DNA of 64,000 nt from the IMG/VR virus record IMGVR_UViG_3300023371_004674; one strand, given 5' to 3'. The notes beneath the pieces are model-generated. The model saw only the letters and a list, made by a program, of their open reading frames with translations, did no database searches and had not been told where the DNA came from. The stretch is from an uncultured virus (IMG/VR IMGVR_UViG_3300023371_004674) (taxonomy: Duplodnaviria > Heunggongvirae > Uroviricota > Caudoviricetes). Shown here piece after piece: positions 1 through 10,787 of the stretch; position 1 is the stretch's first letter, and the number at the start of each line of letters is the position of its first letter. The translations under genes were made by a program, and so were the position numbers.

Positions 1-3000
1 TTATTCTATCAGCATCGCGTCGCCAAATCTCACGTTCTTTTGAAAAATGTCTGCAACCTCTTGCGGTGTAGCCACATCGAATAGCTTTTCTTCTTTGCAT
101 CTCTCCGCAAAATCTTTGTCATACACGAGGATCTCGTCGGTCATTTTTTCAACCAGCTCTACCTCCGATACAAGACCGCTTCCTTTTCGGTAAAGGTCTC
201 CCACGTTCTCGGTAAAACCATCTTCATATCTGACGGTCGCCTGATACTTTTCTTCGTGGGTATCCGTTCTTCCTTCGGGATAACGATGATACTTGTGGAG
301 CCATACAATCACTCCCACTTGGTTATTGTGAGGGTTGCGGTCCGATATATACGGGATTCTTACCTTATCTCCGAGACTAAACATTACCAATCCTCCTGTT
401 GAATAACATCACGCTTTGCCCTCTCGAAAGCGTCTTTGAGCTTCGGATCAGCCTCGATCTCATCGTATGTCAAGCCGAGTGCTTCAACCGTATCATCGGT
501 ATCGTATGTATAGCCGTATTCGTGATTCGCCAGCTCGTAGCGGAACATATCGTAGGCGAAATCAGGAATCGTCTCCATCAGCTCTTTTTCTTCGTTACGA
601 TGTCGTTCGATCATTTCAAGAAAGGCAGGAACGTCGGACTTTCTCATAAATCCGAAACCTGTGTTCGGGATCTTGCAGATTTTCTTGGTGTCGGTCGGCT
701 CCAAGCCCCAATCACGCATCATCTTGTCGAAGCTCTCATCTGTGAGGGCGAAGCCAAGGGGAAATGCGTTGAATTCTTTCTGGTGCAGCTCTTTCATTTG
801 CTGGTATGCGTTCATTTTCTCGTCTCCTTGTAATACTTGATAAATTCGTCAAGGGTTCGGTCTGCGTATGCCTGAATGTAGCCTTCTTCCGAGTGGGATT
901 GAATGTCAGCCCAATCCATTTCAGGCTTATGCTGATACCTTTCATTCCACGTCGTTTCTACGAGAATGGCAATCTGTGCCAAGTCTTCATAGTCAAGATC
1001 CTCGGCGTCGGGATGCTTGCCGAGCATAGCCATCACCTTCATCTGCTCGTAGTTGTACTGGTATGCGTAAACTGATTTGTTCATTCTTCCACCTCCGTTT
1101 TACCGGCGTATCCTACCGAACGAGTCGTTTTCTTTCTTGCAAAGGGTGCGTTTCTTGCCATATGCAAGACCTTATCAACACCTTCGCATCTCAAAATTCC
1201 TTCCAACCAATACTCGATTGCTTCCTTATCGTATGGAACTCCTTCCTGCAAGCAACGCTCACGAATGATTTCGTGTGCCTGATCGAGAGCTTCCACCTCG
1301 CTGTTGTCAAGGTGAATGATGTCGGTTATCTCGCCGAACTTTCCGATCTTGCGTTCAACCCTCATTCTTTGTCTCCTCTTTCTTTTTGGAAAGAACAAGT
1401 GCGGTGTATATGACGCCTTCTTCCGATCCCACGTATGCAACCGGCTTATACTGAACCTCAACCTCGTATCCTTTTCCTTGCATCTTTCCGATAGCATCTC
1501 CGAGCATATCCAAAAAATCTTTGCTCTTCGAGCTGGATACTATCTGACCTTCCGTAATCATTTGCTTTTCTCCTTTTCTTCTTTTTCTTTTTTGGCTCTT
1601 TCGTATCCGTAGTCCTTTGGGCTGTAAACAAACAGCTCAAAGTCGAACAGGTATCTTTTCTCGATTTCGAGGATATTTCGTTTCACAACGTACTTGCTTA
1701 TCGGCTCGCATCCTCCGATGGTGGTTAAGCCACCCGCTGTTTCCATCGTCCAACTGTACGCTCCCGCACTCCTCAACCAATGTCCTGCGTAGGTTCTTTT
1801 GAAAGATTCGGGAAGCACTTCAAATCCGAATTCTTTCTTTATTCTTTCAGCAAGAGCCTTGACGTTCTTGCTTACCATCAGACAACAGTTCCTTCCGAGA
1901 TTTCTTCAATCGAAATCACATCTCCGAGTGGAACTCTTGTTTCGATGAGCTGATTCCAAGCTTTTTCGCTTTCGTAGATGATGTGCGTACTGGTCTTGCG
2001 TACATTCGCTGCAACGTAGTCATTCACGACGCCTCTTCGTGTTACTCCTCTCTTGATCGTCTCCTGCGAGTAGTGCCTGATGATATGCGTATATTTCAGA
2101 TCGAACAATCTTGATCTTCCGTTCTCGTATTTCATTTCTGAACCTCCTTTTTAGGTTTCTTTTTCGGTTCGAAGCACTCCCTTGTGAGAGGTTTCGGTCT
2201 TTCTCCCGTATCGTCAAACAGTTGGCAGCACGGGAACGGGTTGTATCCGCTGTCTTTTACCATCACCCTGTAAAAGTGGGTGCAGTTCTTGCATTCCTTT
2301 TTCATTCCAATCTTTACCTTTCTACCGTTCCTGTTATCGTGTGATGCCAAGGAACTGTAACTCTTGTGAAATTCAGGCTCTCCGTTTGCACTTTGTAGGT
2401 GATCCATTCTCCTGCCAAATACCCGTCAGGGCTGGCTGTGAAAAACGGACCGAGTTTTACGAATTCATTCGCCTTTACATCTCGATATCCGATGTACAAG
2501 GTCGGGATGTTCTTTACGATCATATTCTACCTCCTCAATGGATGCAAGCAAGGATGTCGTTCCATTCCTCACGTGTCAGCTCGAAATCCTGACCGTTGCA
2601 ATCAAGATGCTCGATCACGCACACGAGGGCGTCTTCCTTTGTGTACTCTCTGTTCTTATTCTTGATGTACTGCCACTTCGCCTGTGCGAGAGGAAGAATG
2701 TCTTCCTTCCTCGATCTACAATGACCGAGGCGATCCCAAACATCCGCAGGGAGCGAATCTCCCCATTGGCTTCTTGGATCTGTTCTTCCAAAAGTTCTTA
2801 CCATATCAAGCACTCCTTTCAAATTCAAAAAGGCAGGAACACACATATCGTCGTTCCTGTCCCGAAAAACTTATCACGATCAACCCTTATGCGTTTCTCG
2901 CAATGCTTTGTCTTTGTATAGACGAGGAACGTCAATCCGAACAGATGGATTTCATAAGTGTACCTGTCCTCGCCGTGTACCGTGTACTTGCCTTTGCTTC

Positions 3001-3290
3001 TGCTAAAAACCTTCATAAGCTACTCCTTTCAAGCTCTTTCAATCACGCACAGGTAAATGCAACCATCCTCGATGTCAAGATGCAACGCCCAAGTCCATTC
3101 AGTGTTTCTGACACGATTTGCTTTGTCGAACCACTCGTTGCTTTCGTGATCCACACCGTTCTCTGCCATATACTCGAACATCTCCTTCCAGTAATCCAGT
3201 TCAGGATGCTTTCCGAAGAACTTTTCAATCGCTTTCTGTACCGAGTTGGTTCTTACTGTCATTTCAGCTTCGATGGTTCTTGTCATTTTA
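1..3290 (-). other. Operon of about 12 small hypothetical phage early genes (e.g. 1..390, 384..815, 812..1084, 1355..1561, 1558..1878, 1878..2135, 2314..2523, 2825..3016)
   Basis: Tightly packed or overlapping ORFs with GGAGG/AGGAG ribosome-binding sites, downstream of the promoter at 3380-3407. Confidence 0.75.
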
Positions 3291-3370
3291 CCTGCTCCTT
3301 TGTTTGAGAGATTCGGGCGGTGGCTTTCCGAAACTATTGCTCCGGCTACCACTCGCCCTTGTTTTGTGGT

Positions 3371-3450
3371 CTTTACTTTATTATACACACCTATCGGCAA
3401 AAGTCAATAGTTTTTGCGGATTTTTTCAAAATATTTTTCAAAAATAATTA
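3371..3450 (-). promoter_or_regulatory. sigma70/sigmaA-like promoter (repeated family, copy 1)
   Basis: Minus strand TTGACT (3407-3402), 16-nt spacer ending TGTG, TATAAT (3385-3380), then AAAGTAAAG; AT-rich UP-like tract upstream. Confidence 0.85.
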
Positions 3451-3470
3451 TTTTTATTGATATTCCGCAA

Positions 3471-3580
3471 GAGGCTGAATTTTGCTTTATGGCGGTTGTT
3501 AGCTTTGCGATAGGTAAGTGATAGGGTAAGTCAAGAAAACCAAAATTTGAGGGTTTGGCGAGGTATGGCAGGGTGTTTTG
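3471..3580. repeat. Dispersed ~110-bp intergenic element, copy A
   Basis: agaaaacc..gagggtttggcgaggtatggcagggtg matches copy D agaaaacc..gagagttttgcgaggttatgcagggtg. Confidence 0.55.
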
Positions 3581-3637
3581 CCCTATCTAATAGGGTAACT
3601 CGAAATCCAACTATGAAATTCCGAGTTACAATTTGAC

Positions 3638-3686
3638 AAAAAGAAAAATCCCCCGACCATCTCGGTCGAGGGATCTCTTTTCTTAT
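3638..3686. terminator. Intrinsic terminator, possibly bidirectional
   Basis: atcccccgacc-atctc-ggtcgagggat stem-loop flanked by A- and T-tracts at the end of gene 3683..4273. Confidence 0.75.
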
Positions 3687-4273
3687 TCGTCTGTCTTCGG
3701 CTTTTTGTCAAGCTCGGTTCCGTACTTCTCGATGAATGCCGCCGCCTCTGCTGCGGACACGGGGCTGATGCGATCCTTGCCGCCTTCCCAGTTGGAATAC
3801 TCGGCAAAAAAGTATCTGCCTTCCTTGTCGATGTAAAGCTCCATTGCTTTTCCGTCGGTATATTCATTCACGCCATCGGCGTAGAAATTGTTCGAGATTG
3901 CATTCGATGCTGCGGTGTCGTAGGTAACACGGTCAACCATAGCCTTTACTCGTCTGCCAGCACCTTTGACATAGACACGGACGGGGTTGCCGGTGTCTCT
4001 GACTGTCAGGGTTACTTCGATGCCGATTGCTTCGAGCAAAGACAGGAAATCGTCTGCTCTGATCGAATTGCGAACAATTCTCTGGCTCAACTGCTGGGGC
4101 ATCCAACCTACTTTCGTAGCGGCTTCCGCCTGCGTTGTCTTCGTTTCACGAAGGGCTGCCAAGAGCATATCCTTTGCGTTCATTCCTTCTCCTCCATTCG
4201 ATGTTTCGGTGTCATTGCTATCATCATACACCAAATTGGAGATTTTGTCAATACTTTCTTCGAAATCAACCAT
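3683..4273 (-). CDS. XRE/Cro-like HTH protein with C-terminal domain of unknown function (alternative start at 4183)
   Basis: TTQAEAATKVGWMPQQLSQRI resembles an HTH; both Met starts have an RBS. Confidence 0.6.
   Translation of the reverse strand: MVDFEESIDKISNLVYDDSNDTETSNGGEGMNAKDMLLAALRETKTTQAEAATKVGWMPQQLSQRIVRNSIRADDFLSLLEAIGIEVTLTVRDTGNPVRVYVKGAGRRVKAMVDRVTYDTAASNAISNNFYADGVNEYTDGKAMELYIDKEGRYFFAEYSNWEGGKDRISPVSAAEAAAFIEKYGTELDKKPKTDE
4223..4251 (-). promoter_or_regulatory. sigma70-like promoter upstream of the 4183 start
   Basis: TTGACA-17 nt-TATGAT on the minus strand. Confidence 0.7.
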
Positions 4274-4330
4274 TTTATTTTTTCTCCTCTCAAATTTTCA
4301 AAAGTAAACAAATCCGTTTATATCTGCGTG

Positions 4331-4939
4331 TCAATCTTTATACGGGGTATCGCAGAACAGGAATGGGAATACGTCTGCTTTCGTAAGGAAGCTGACTCCG
4401 AAGAATGTCAATGCGAGCGTTTCCATCAGCCATACCTTGATTCTGAAATCAGGCAGGAGCAGAATGAGGAACGAAGCGAGCATACCTACGCCGCACACTC
4501 GATAGATAATGTTGCGGATTTTCTTTTTATCGGTCATATCTCCCGAACTCTTGGTGAACAGGAAGAACGAGTTGTAGGCGAGCAGAGCAAAGAAAATTAC
4601 TGCGGCGATGCAGTGAATCGTATTGCTTACACTCTGATCTATCATAAATGTACCGACCTTAATATCCGCTCCTGAAATCGCACACGGGAACAAGCAGATG
4701 AGGAAACCTGCGATTCCTGAGCAAGTCAGGATTATATCGTCGATCAGCTCGTAGCCCTTGTAACAAATCAGGGTTCCTGAAGCCCATCCGAGAATAATCA
4801 TAAACGCCGCTCCAGCGTTTGTGTAGTAGGTTGCCGAAATGGACTGCGGGATCTTTCCTATCAGGAGTGCTACAATCCAAGGCAGAAGCATACCCAATGC
4901 TCCGATAACGACTCTCAATCTAATGGTGTTAATTCTCAT
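4331..4939 (-). CDS. Multi-pass membrane protein (DUF998-like)
   Basis: About 6 hydrophobic segments; SISATYY and H..AAVIFF motifs. Confidence 0.6.
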   Translation of the reverse strand: MRINTIRLRVVIGALGMLLPWIVALLIGKIPQSISATYYTNAGAAFMIILGWASGTLICYKGYELIDDIILTCSGIAGFLICLFPCAISGADIKVGTFMIDQSVSNTIHCIAAVIFFALLAYNSFFLFTKSSGDMTDKKKIRNIIYRVCGVGMLASFLILLLPDFRIKVWLMETLALTFFGVSFLTKADVFPFLFCDTPYKD

Positions 4940-4954
4940 TTTTCTTTCTCCTTT

Positions 4955-5716
4955 TCAAAAATTCATCCAAAGTTTTTCTGTTCTGTGAAGCCCAAGCTGA
5001 ACGGTTGTTACAGCCTCATCGGTTCTCCAACCTTTCAGCATTTCGTTGTATAGGGTGCTGTCGTATCCGCTCACGATAACCTTTGCTTCGCTTTCGAGCA
5101 AGGCTTCGAGCATCTCCACGTGCTTTTCTTCGCTCATCTCGTGTGCGTACATACATTTCTTCCGAAGTGTTTGGAGATACGGAGGATCGCAGTATATCAG
5201 GGCTTCCTTTTTGCTATATCTGCGAATGAGGGAAATCGCATCAGTGTTCTCGATCTGTGCGAGCTTCAGACGTTCTCCGCACTCGATAACGCTTTCGGGG
5301 AGATAGTTCCAAACCGTTTCAGGTCTCGGTCCTCCAGCGGTCTGGATATTTCTCCACGATTTCTTGGTGCTGTTGCTTGTGCCGAACGATTGGTGAAATC
5401 TGACGAGAGTTCTTCTTGCTCTCTCGACAGGATCCTCGACATCCACGTTCTCGCAGGCCTCAAACTCTTCTCTCGAAAACGGTGTCAGGTTGATTGCTGC
5501 CGCAAGCTCGGCGGGGTGCTCTCGACATACACGGAACAGGTTTACGATGTCGCCATCTATGTCGTTTACCGTTTCTATGTAAACGGGCTTCTTTTTGAAG
5601 AACACCGCTCCAGAGCCGAAAAAGGGTTCGAGGTAAATCCTGTGTTCGGGCAGATGCTCGATCACCCAATCTGCCGTTTTCCACTTTGCTCCGGGGTATT
5701 TGAGGATAGCTTTCAT
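4955..5716 (-). CDS. DNA adenine methyltransferase (Dam/D12 class)
   Basis: LKYPGAK, YLEPFFGSGAV, VNDID and YCDPPY motifs. Confidence 0.92.
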   Translation of the reverse strand: MKAILKYPGAKWKTADWVIEHLPEHRIYLEPFFGSGAVFFKKKPVYIETVNDIDGDIVNLFRVCREHPAELAAAINLTPFSREEFEACENVDVEDPVERARRTLVRFHQSFGTSNSTKKSWRNIQTAGGPRPETVWNYLPESVIECGERLKLAQIENTDAISLIRRYSKKEALIYCDPPYLQTLRKKCMYAHEMSEEKHVEMLEALLESEAKVIVSGYDSTLYNEMLKGWRTDEAVTTVQLGLHRTEKLWMNF

Positions 5717-5731
5717 AGACGGTGCATCCTC

Positions 5732-6283
5732 CTATACCTCATTTCCAAAGCAATCCCAGCCCTCGGCTTCCTGACGGGCGAACAGCTCGATAAGGTGTAC
5801 CCCCCCCGCAATTTTGACTATTCGATCACGGATCTCGTCGGGCTTCTTTGAATGCTCGGCTACTCTTGCATCGCATATCTGGCTGACCGATCTCGACTTG
5901 ACTTTCGGGTGTCCTTTTGTGCCTATCAAGCAAATCTCTGCGTTGGCTCTCGTGTAATGTCCGAGACCGAAGAACCAACTGTCCGATTTCTTGTTACGCT
6001 TCACCCATACGAAACCGCAGGTCTTATACTTAAAGCCCCACGCTTCCATAAGTTCAAGCCCTTCCTTCAGGCAGGGGAAAGTCACCCACATAAAGAGCAT
6101 ACAATCCTTCTTGGCGATTTTCTTTACGGGCATCTCTTTGAGGTCTTTCAGCTCCATACAGTCGTAATGGTTCTCGGCAGTTCGTTTTCCTTCGCCTTTG
6201 CCCGAATACTTTCGGTATTTCCAAGGCGGATCTGCGTATATCACATCGTACTGCCGATCTGTGTGGTAGATGTCAATTTTCAT
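5732..6283 (-). CDS. MT-A70 family N6-adenine methyltransferase
   Basis: VIYADPPW, LFMWVT, WGFKYKT, HSKKPD and IELFAR motifs. Confidence 0.92.
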   Translation of the reverse strand: MKIDIYHTDRQYDVIYADPPWKYRKYSGKGEGKRTAENHYDCMELKDLKEMPVKKIAKKDCMLFMWVTFPCLKEGLELMEAWGFKYKTCGFVWVKRNKKSDSWFFGLGHYTRANAEICLIGTKGHPKVKSRSVSQICDARVAEHSKKPDEIRDRIVKIAGGVHLIELFARQEAEGWDCFGNEV

Positions 6284-6593
6284 CAGGAACTCCTTTCATC
6301 CTTGCTCCGCATTCGGGGCATAGCTTATATTCCAAGACAATTCTCCCGAACATCGTTTTGCAACAAGAGCATACAGGCATCAATGCTTTGGTTGGTTTTC
6401 CCGTTCTCAAACTCTCTTCCATACCAGAGATCCAGAACGCCTCTTTCTCAACAAATTCCCATTCTCCTTCGATCTGCTTGTGGTATCCCTTGGCAACCAT
6501 CTTTTCTGCTGTTGCCTCCGCATCGAACGTGGCGTCGTGATCCACGTAGCACTCGCACAGGTCTCTCGCCATCTCTTTTACGTTTTCGTTCAT
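6273..6593 (-). CDS. Zn-ribbon-containing phage protein (resembles 21217..21552)
   Basis: GEW..CSCC..CPECGARM motif. Confidence 0.6.
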   Translation of the reverse strand: MNENVKEMARDLCECYVDHDATFDAEATAEKMVAKGYHKQIEGEWEFVEKEAFWISGMEESLRTGKPTKALMPVCSCCKTMFGRIVLEYKLCPECGARMKGVPDEN

Positions 6594-6979
6594 TTCTTCT
6601 CCTCCAAGTCCATAAGGTAGGCGTCACATTTACAATTCGGGCATCCCCTGAAAATCACTTCTCCTTCTTCCAGCGGCTCTCCTCTGATATACTTCCGAAT
6701 ATATACATCATCGGGGGCAATTTGTGCCTCCACGAACCTTTGCAACTCGTCTTCGTCTTTGAATTTTCTTCCGCACTTGTTGCAAACAATCTTATCAGGC
6801 GTTTCCTTGATGGCGTAACAGATACGCCCTTGCTCCATCATCCTCTTTGTGTAACCGAACTGCCAGCTCTGGAACCATCCGCAATGCGTAATCTTATGAT
6901 CTACGTACACGAACTCCTGCCTTGCAAGCTCGTCAAGGCTGAGGATAGGACCGCCCTTTCTGTATTTTCTCTTACTCAA
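6590..6979 (-). CDS. Hypothetical protein with Zn ribbon
   Basis: CNKC..CPNC; translationally coupled to neighbours. Confidence 0.55.
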   Translation of the reverse strand: MSKRKYRKGGPILSLDELARQEFVYVDHKITHCGWFQSWQFGYTKRMMEQGRICYAIKETPDKIVCNKCGRKFKDEDELQRFVEAQIAPDDVYIRKYIRGEPLEEGEVIFRGCPNCKCDAYLMDLEEKK

Positions 6980-7191
6980 AACGGAACCTCCACTTCTTGC
7001 TTGATCTCTGTCACCATCGCCGCACTGTCTATGGTAACGCTGTTTCCGCCCTTGTCTTCGAGTTCTGCCTGAATGTACTTTCTGCCATCTCTCTTGCGAT
7101 AGATGACCGCCGATACCTTCTTATACTGGATGCCTTTGCATTCAACAGGACACTCTCGACCAAGAGCACTCATTATCTCCCGCTCATCCAT
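6976..7191 (-). CDS. Hypothetical protein
   Basis: Coupled 71-aa ORF. Confidence 0.55.
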   Translation of the reverse strand: MDEREIMSALGRECPVECKGIQYKKVSAVIYRKRDGRKYIQAELEDKGGNSVTIDSAAMVTEIKQEVEVPF

Positions 7192-7709
7192 TACTTTGCC
7201 ACCATTCTTTCGAACAGACTTTCATAGAGAGCCTTGTACGTATCTCTTTCTGCGGTGATCTTGGCAATTTCGATTGCCGTTTCAGGAGCTGGTGCCTTCT
7301 TGGGTTCTTCCTTCGGTGCAACTTTGGGAGCCGGTGCTGCGGATACCGCCTTTTCCTTCGGCTTTTCAAATTCAAGACCAAGGCTGATAGCGAGTGCCGC
7401 ATCCACCATTGTCATCTCGTAGGGAGTACAGGTAGCAACATATTCTCCGACTCTCTGAACTGATACCGAATTGATCTGTTCGCAGAGGGCGACCGATGCT
7501 CTCTGTGTGCTTCTGATGTCGATATGGGTAGGCAGGTCGTTCTTGGGCTGTGTAGTGAGGTAAACAACCTCGATGACATCGCTGAAGGCGTTGCACTTAT
7601 CGTTGCTTACCACGATAGCAGGTCTCCCTGATCTCTGTTCCGAACCGACCTCGTATCCACCCATCTTCTCTATGTAGAAAATCTTGCCTCTCTTGATTTC
7701 TTCGATCAT
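7191..7709 (-). CDS. PemK/MazF-family endoribonuclease-like protein with C-terminal coiled coil
   Basis: RGKIFY..GSEQRSGRPAIVVSND..LTT..ALCEQINSVS motifs. Confidence 0.85.
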   Translation of the reverse strand: MIEEIKRGKIFYIEKMGGYEVGSEQRSGRPAIVVSNDKCNAFSDVIEVVYLTTQPKNDLPTHIDIRSTQRASVALCEQINSVSVQRVGEYVATCTPYEMTMVDAALAISLGLEFEKPKEKAVSAAPAPKVAPKEEPKKAPAPETAIEIAKITAERDTYKALYESLFERMVAK

Positions 7710-8146
7710 ACCTGTTCATCCTTTCTTGTAATCTCCACGTTGTATCCGAGCTTATCGAGCAGCTCTTTTGCGTACTTGATACCGTTTTCGATGTTGGAGA
7801 GCCAACTACTGTCTTCGCTTTCCTCGACGCACACCCATTGACCGATGTGGCAACTGAAATCATCGTAGTCGAGAAGAAACATTCTGTTCAGCATTTCGGC
7901 ATCCTCTTCATTTCTTACGAACACCCAAGTATATCCGTGATGCTCGACGTACTCGCCTCCGTCGATGTTGGGCTTGCCTTCGAGCTCATCGCAGGTGATG
8001 ATTTTACCTTTCGCCTCTTCTCTTGCTTTATCCAACTCATACTGGATACAATCGCTCTTGTGGACGAACTCCTTTCCATCGTCTGCTATGTAAACCATAG
8101 TGTCGTAAACCTGCGTGTGCGTATAAGATCTCTTTTCTTGTCTCAT
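7706..8146 (-). CDS. Hypothetical protein
   Basis: 146-aa ORF with RBS. Confidence 0.6.
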   Translation of the reverse strand: MRQEKRSYTHTQVYDTMVYIADDGKEFVHKSDCIQYELDKAREEAKGKIITCDELEGKPNIDGGEYVEHHGYTWVFVRNEEDAEMLNRMFLLDYDDFSCHIGQWVCVEESEDSSWLSNIENGIKYAKELLDKLGYNVEITRKDEQV

Positions 8147-8166
8147 AACCTTGTCCTTTCTTTATA

Positions 8167-8188
8167 GGGGCGGCTTATCAGCCACCCC
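8167..8188 (-). promoter_or_regulatory. DGR target-recognition hairpin downstream of VR2
   Basis: Minus strand GGGGTGGCT-GATA-AGCCGCCCC, preceded by AAACTGAT as at VR1. Confidence 0.75.
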
Positions 8189-8204
8189 ATCAGTTTGTCA
8201 GTAA

Positions 8205-9329
8205 TCAGTTTACAGTTTTTCTGCGGAAATAAGCGGAGCGGAAGCCGAGGTAGTGACACGTAGCGGAACGGGCATTGTGGCCATACAAGTCGAAGACACC
8301 GTAGTAGGAACTGTAGCTCCAGTGACCGCCACGAGAGGCGAACCATTCGCCTTCGGATCCGTCGATATAGCAGTACGCATTCGGCTCTCCGGGGTAAAGG
8401 GCGAGTTCCTTCATCTCTTCGGTGTACCCGATGTCCGATTTCACGTCTTCCCATCTGCAACCCGTGTAATCTTCCTCTTCGTTCTCCGCCGTGGTGAACT
8501 TGATACCATCTGTACAATCGACTCTGATGGTTTCATCGCTGACAGGATCAATCAGACTTCTCCACTCAGAACTGTTCATAGACAAATCCACGTCGAGTGC
8601 CGCATTGTCAGCAACCTGAACCTTTCCGTCCTTGAAGCGAAGACCTCTCACCATTTCCCATACATTGCCGCACAGATCGTGAACGCCCGTCACCGTATGG
8701 TCGTGCGTCCAAGTGGCGGGACCTGTTCCTGTCAAGGTCATTCCCGAAGAACCCTCGACCAAGATACCTTTCTCATCGGGGTTTGCGTGATACTTACCGA
8801 AATCGGTGTTGCCGTGGGGGAGGGTTCCGTTCTTCAGGCTGAGGTTTGCAAGCAAGCCCCATTCCTGAGCTGTCATAAGGTGCCAGCCTTCACCCTTGCT
8901 GAAACAAGCTCTTGCCGCATCGTCGTTGGTGATGTTCGTCCAAGGCTTCATTCCCGGAAGAGAGTAAGGCTTTCCGTTGATATTGCAGTTCGGATATACC
9001 GAGATGTAGATCTCATCGAAATCCTCGTCGCCTGCTTTGAAAGCCGAATGAATCTTCGAGCTTCCGCCTTCGAAAAGGTCGCAGTTGCGAACGACCGAGA
9101 AGCGTCTCATAATCGAGGGGATACCTGCGTTATCGTAGATAACAACAACCTCGTGCTTGATGTCGGGTTCGGGAGGTTCGAGCTCCATAAGCACTTCTTC
9201 TGTGCCTGCTTTCTGGGGATTCGGTTTCACGTCCTTATCGCAAATCTTCATAAGGACCGTTTCGAGAAATCTTTCATTCCCCGATGCTTCCAGCTCTGTG
9301 CCGGGCATTCTGATTTTCAACTCTGCCAT
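8205..9329 (-). CDS. Second (remote) DGR target: C-type-lectin/FGE-sulfatase fold protein
   Basis: Paralog of 31228..32292 (IYD..G.PSIM, YSLP, GWH....EW, GTGP.TW.H, DL.GNV.E, RGG.W, GFR); C-terminus is VR2. Confidence 0.93.
   Translation of the reverse strand: MAELKIRMPGTELEASGNERFLETVLMKICDKDVKPNPQKAGTEEVLMELEPPEPDIKHEVVVIYDNAGIPSIMRRFSVVRNCDLFEGGSSKIHSAFKAGDEDFDEIYISVYPNCNINGKPYSLPGMKPWTNITNDDAARACFSKGEGWHLMTAQEWGLLANLSLKNGTLPHGNTDFGKYHANPDEKGILVEGSSGMTLTGTGPATWTHDHTVTGVHDLCGNVWEMVRGLRFKDGKVQVADNAALDVDLSMNSSEWRSLIDPVSDETIRVDCTDGIKFTTAENEEEDYTGCRWEDVKSDIGYTEEMKELALYPGEPNAYCYIDGSEGEWFASRGGHWSYSSYYGVFDLYGHNARSATCHYLGFRSAYFRRKTVN
8232..8344 (-). repeat. DGR variable repeat VR2
   Basis: 113-nt ungapped match to TR 30538-30650; 15 mismatches, all at coding-strand adenines of the TR. 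Confidence 0.97.
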
Positions 9330-10755
9330 TTCATTTACTTCCTTTCATCATTCTTGAAATTTCTTTGAGTTCGTCTTTTGAAGCGTAAGGTCCTGCCATT
9401 GCACTCATAAGTCCGAGTGTTTGGAGGGCAAGCCTCGCTCTTTTGGACGACGCTTTCTTTTCTGCGAGGTGCTTTTCCTTTTCTTCTTCTGAAAGGGATT
9501 CGAACCATTTCAGGTATTCCTCGTGCCGCTTCTTTGCTTCTTCTTCGGCTATTCGATCTCTGCCACGCTGGGCTTGTCTTCCGAGTGCTTTCACTTGCAA
9601 TGCACCTCCTCTTCCGTAATCACGCATTCTTCCTTTTTGGCTTTCAGGTAAATGAACCACGTTTCGTCCCAAACATAGTTATCCAAGAAGCGTTTGAGGT
9701 CAACGCCTTCTCGGTTATGGAAGCCATCCATTCTTTCGAGGACATCTACGAGCCATTCCTTTTCAACCACGAAGCCCTTGCAGTAATCATCGTCGCTGTC
9801 AGGGAACGTGCATAAGTAAATACCATTATCGTCTCCCGAATCTTCTTCAGTTTCTTTCAATTCGAGGCTGTCTTTGATACGCCACCAACTGTACTCCTCC
9901 TCGCACAAGAGGGACTTCATATACTCTTCGTCCTGAAATTCGTTGTCCTCGAACTCTTCCATACAGACGAAGCATTCTCCGTTGATGCCGACTTCCTCAT
10001 TGACATCTTCGGGCTTGCAGCCTCGATCCTTGCACCATTGCCACTTGTATCTACCGTAGAACTTACGGAGCAAATACTCATACGTTACCATTCGGTTTCA
10101 CCTTCTTTCAATAGTCGGAGTCGATGCACTCATCGGCTTCCGTGTAATACTCTCCGTCGTAGCCTTTGCTTAACATAATCTTTTCGTAGCAAGCGTGGCA
10201 AACAAATCTGAACGGGATCCCGTGACAATCATACGTTCTGCACATCTTGTGGTGGCTTACGGTCTTATTGCATTCAGGGCATTGTTCCTGCTGGAACAAG
10301 TGAGCCGACAACCTCTGTCTGAATCCGGTCGCTGGTTCGAAAATGATGAAATCTTCGTCTTTGTAATCTGGGCTTGCGGCTATCTTGTCTGCCGCATCGT
10401 AACATTTTTCGTATGTAGTGAACTCGCCCTTGTCGATAAAGTCATATCGGGTTCTGCCTTCCATTTGAAGAACATACAGTTCCGGTCTTTTCTCATCCAT
10501 TGTTTTCTTCGACCTCCTTTTTCATCCAAGCAAGCATACGAAGTTTCTCTCTAACCTCGTCGAGCTGTCTTCTGGTATCGTTGATTCTGTCGAGCTCTCC
10601 CGGAAGAAACGTGCCAATATCATAGATAGTGTACTTTGCTGCGTTCTCCCTGAACTCCTTCACTTTGGCTTCGAGTCTTTCGCTTAATTCAAACTCTTTC
10701 TGTTCGAGTTTTGCGATTTCTCTTCCGATTACTACTGCTTCCATTCATTCACCTC

Positions 10756-10784
10756 TTGACTTTCTCCTGCCGATGTGTTATAAT
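10756..10784 (+). promoter_or_regulatory. Near-consensus antisense sigma70 promoter
   Basis: TTGACT-17 nt (ending TGT)-TATAAT on the plus strand, opposite to the genes. Confidence 0.85.
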
Positions 10785-10787
10785 CAA

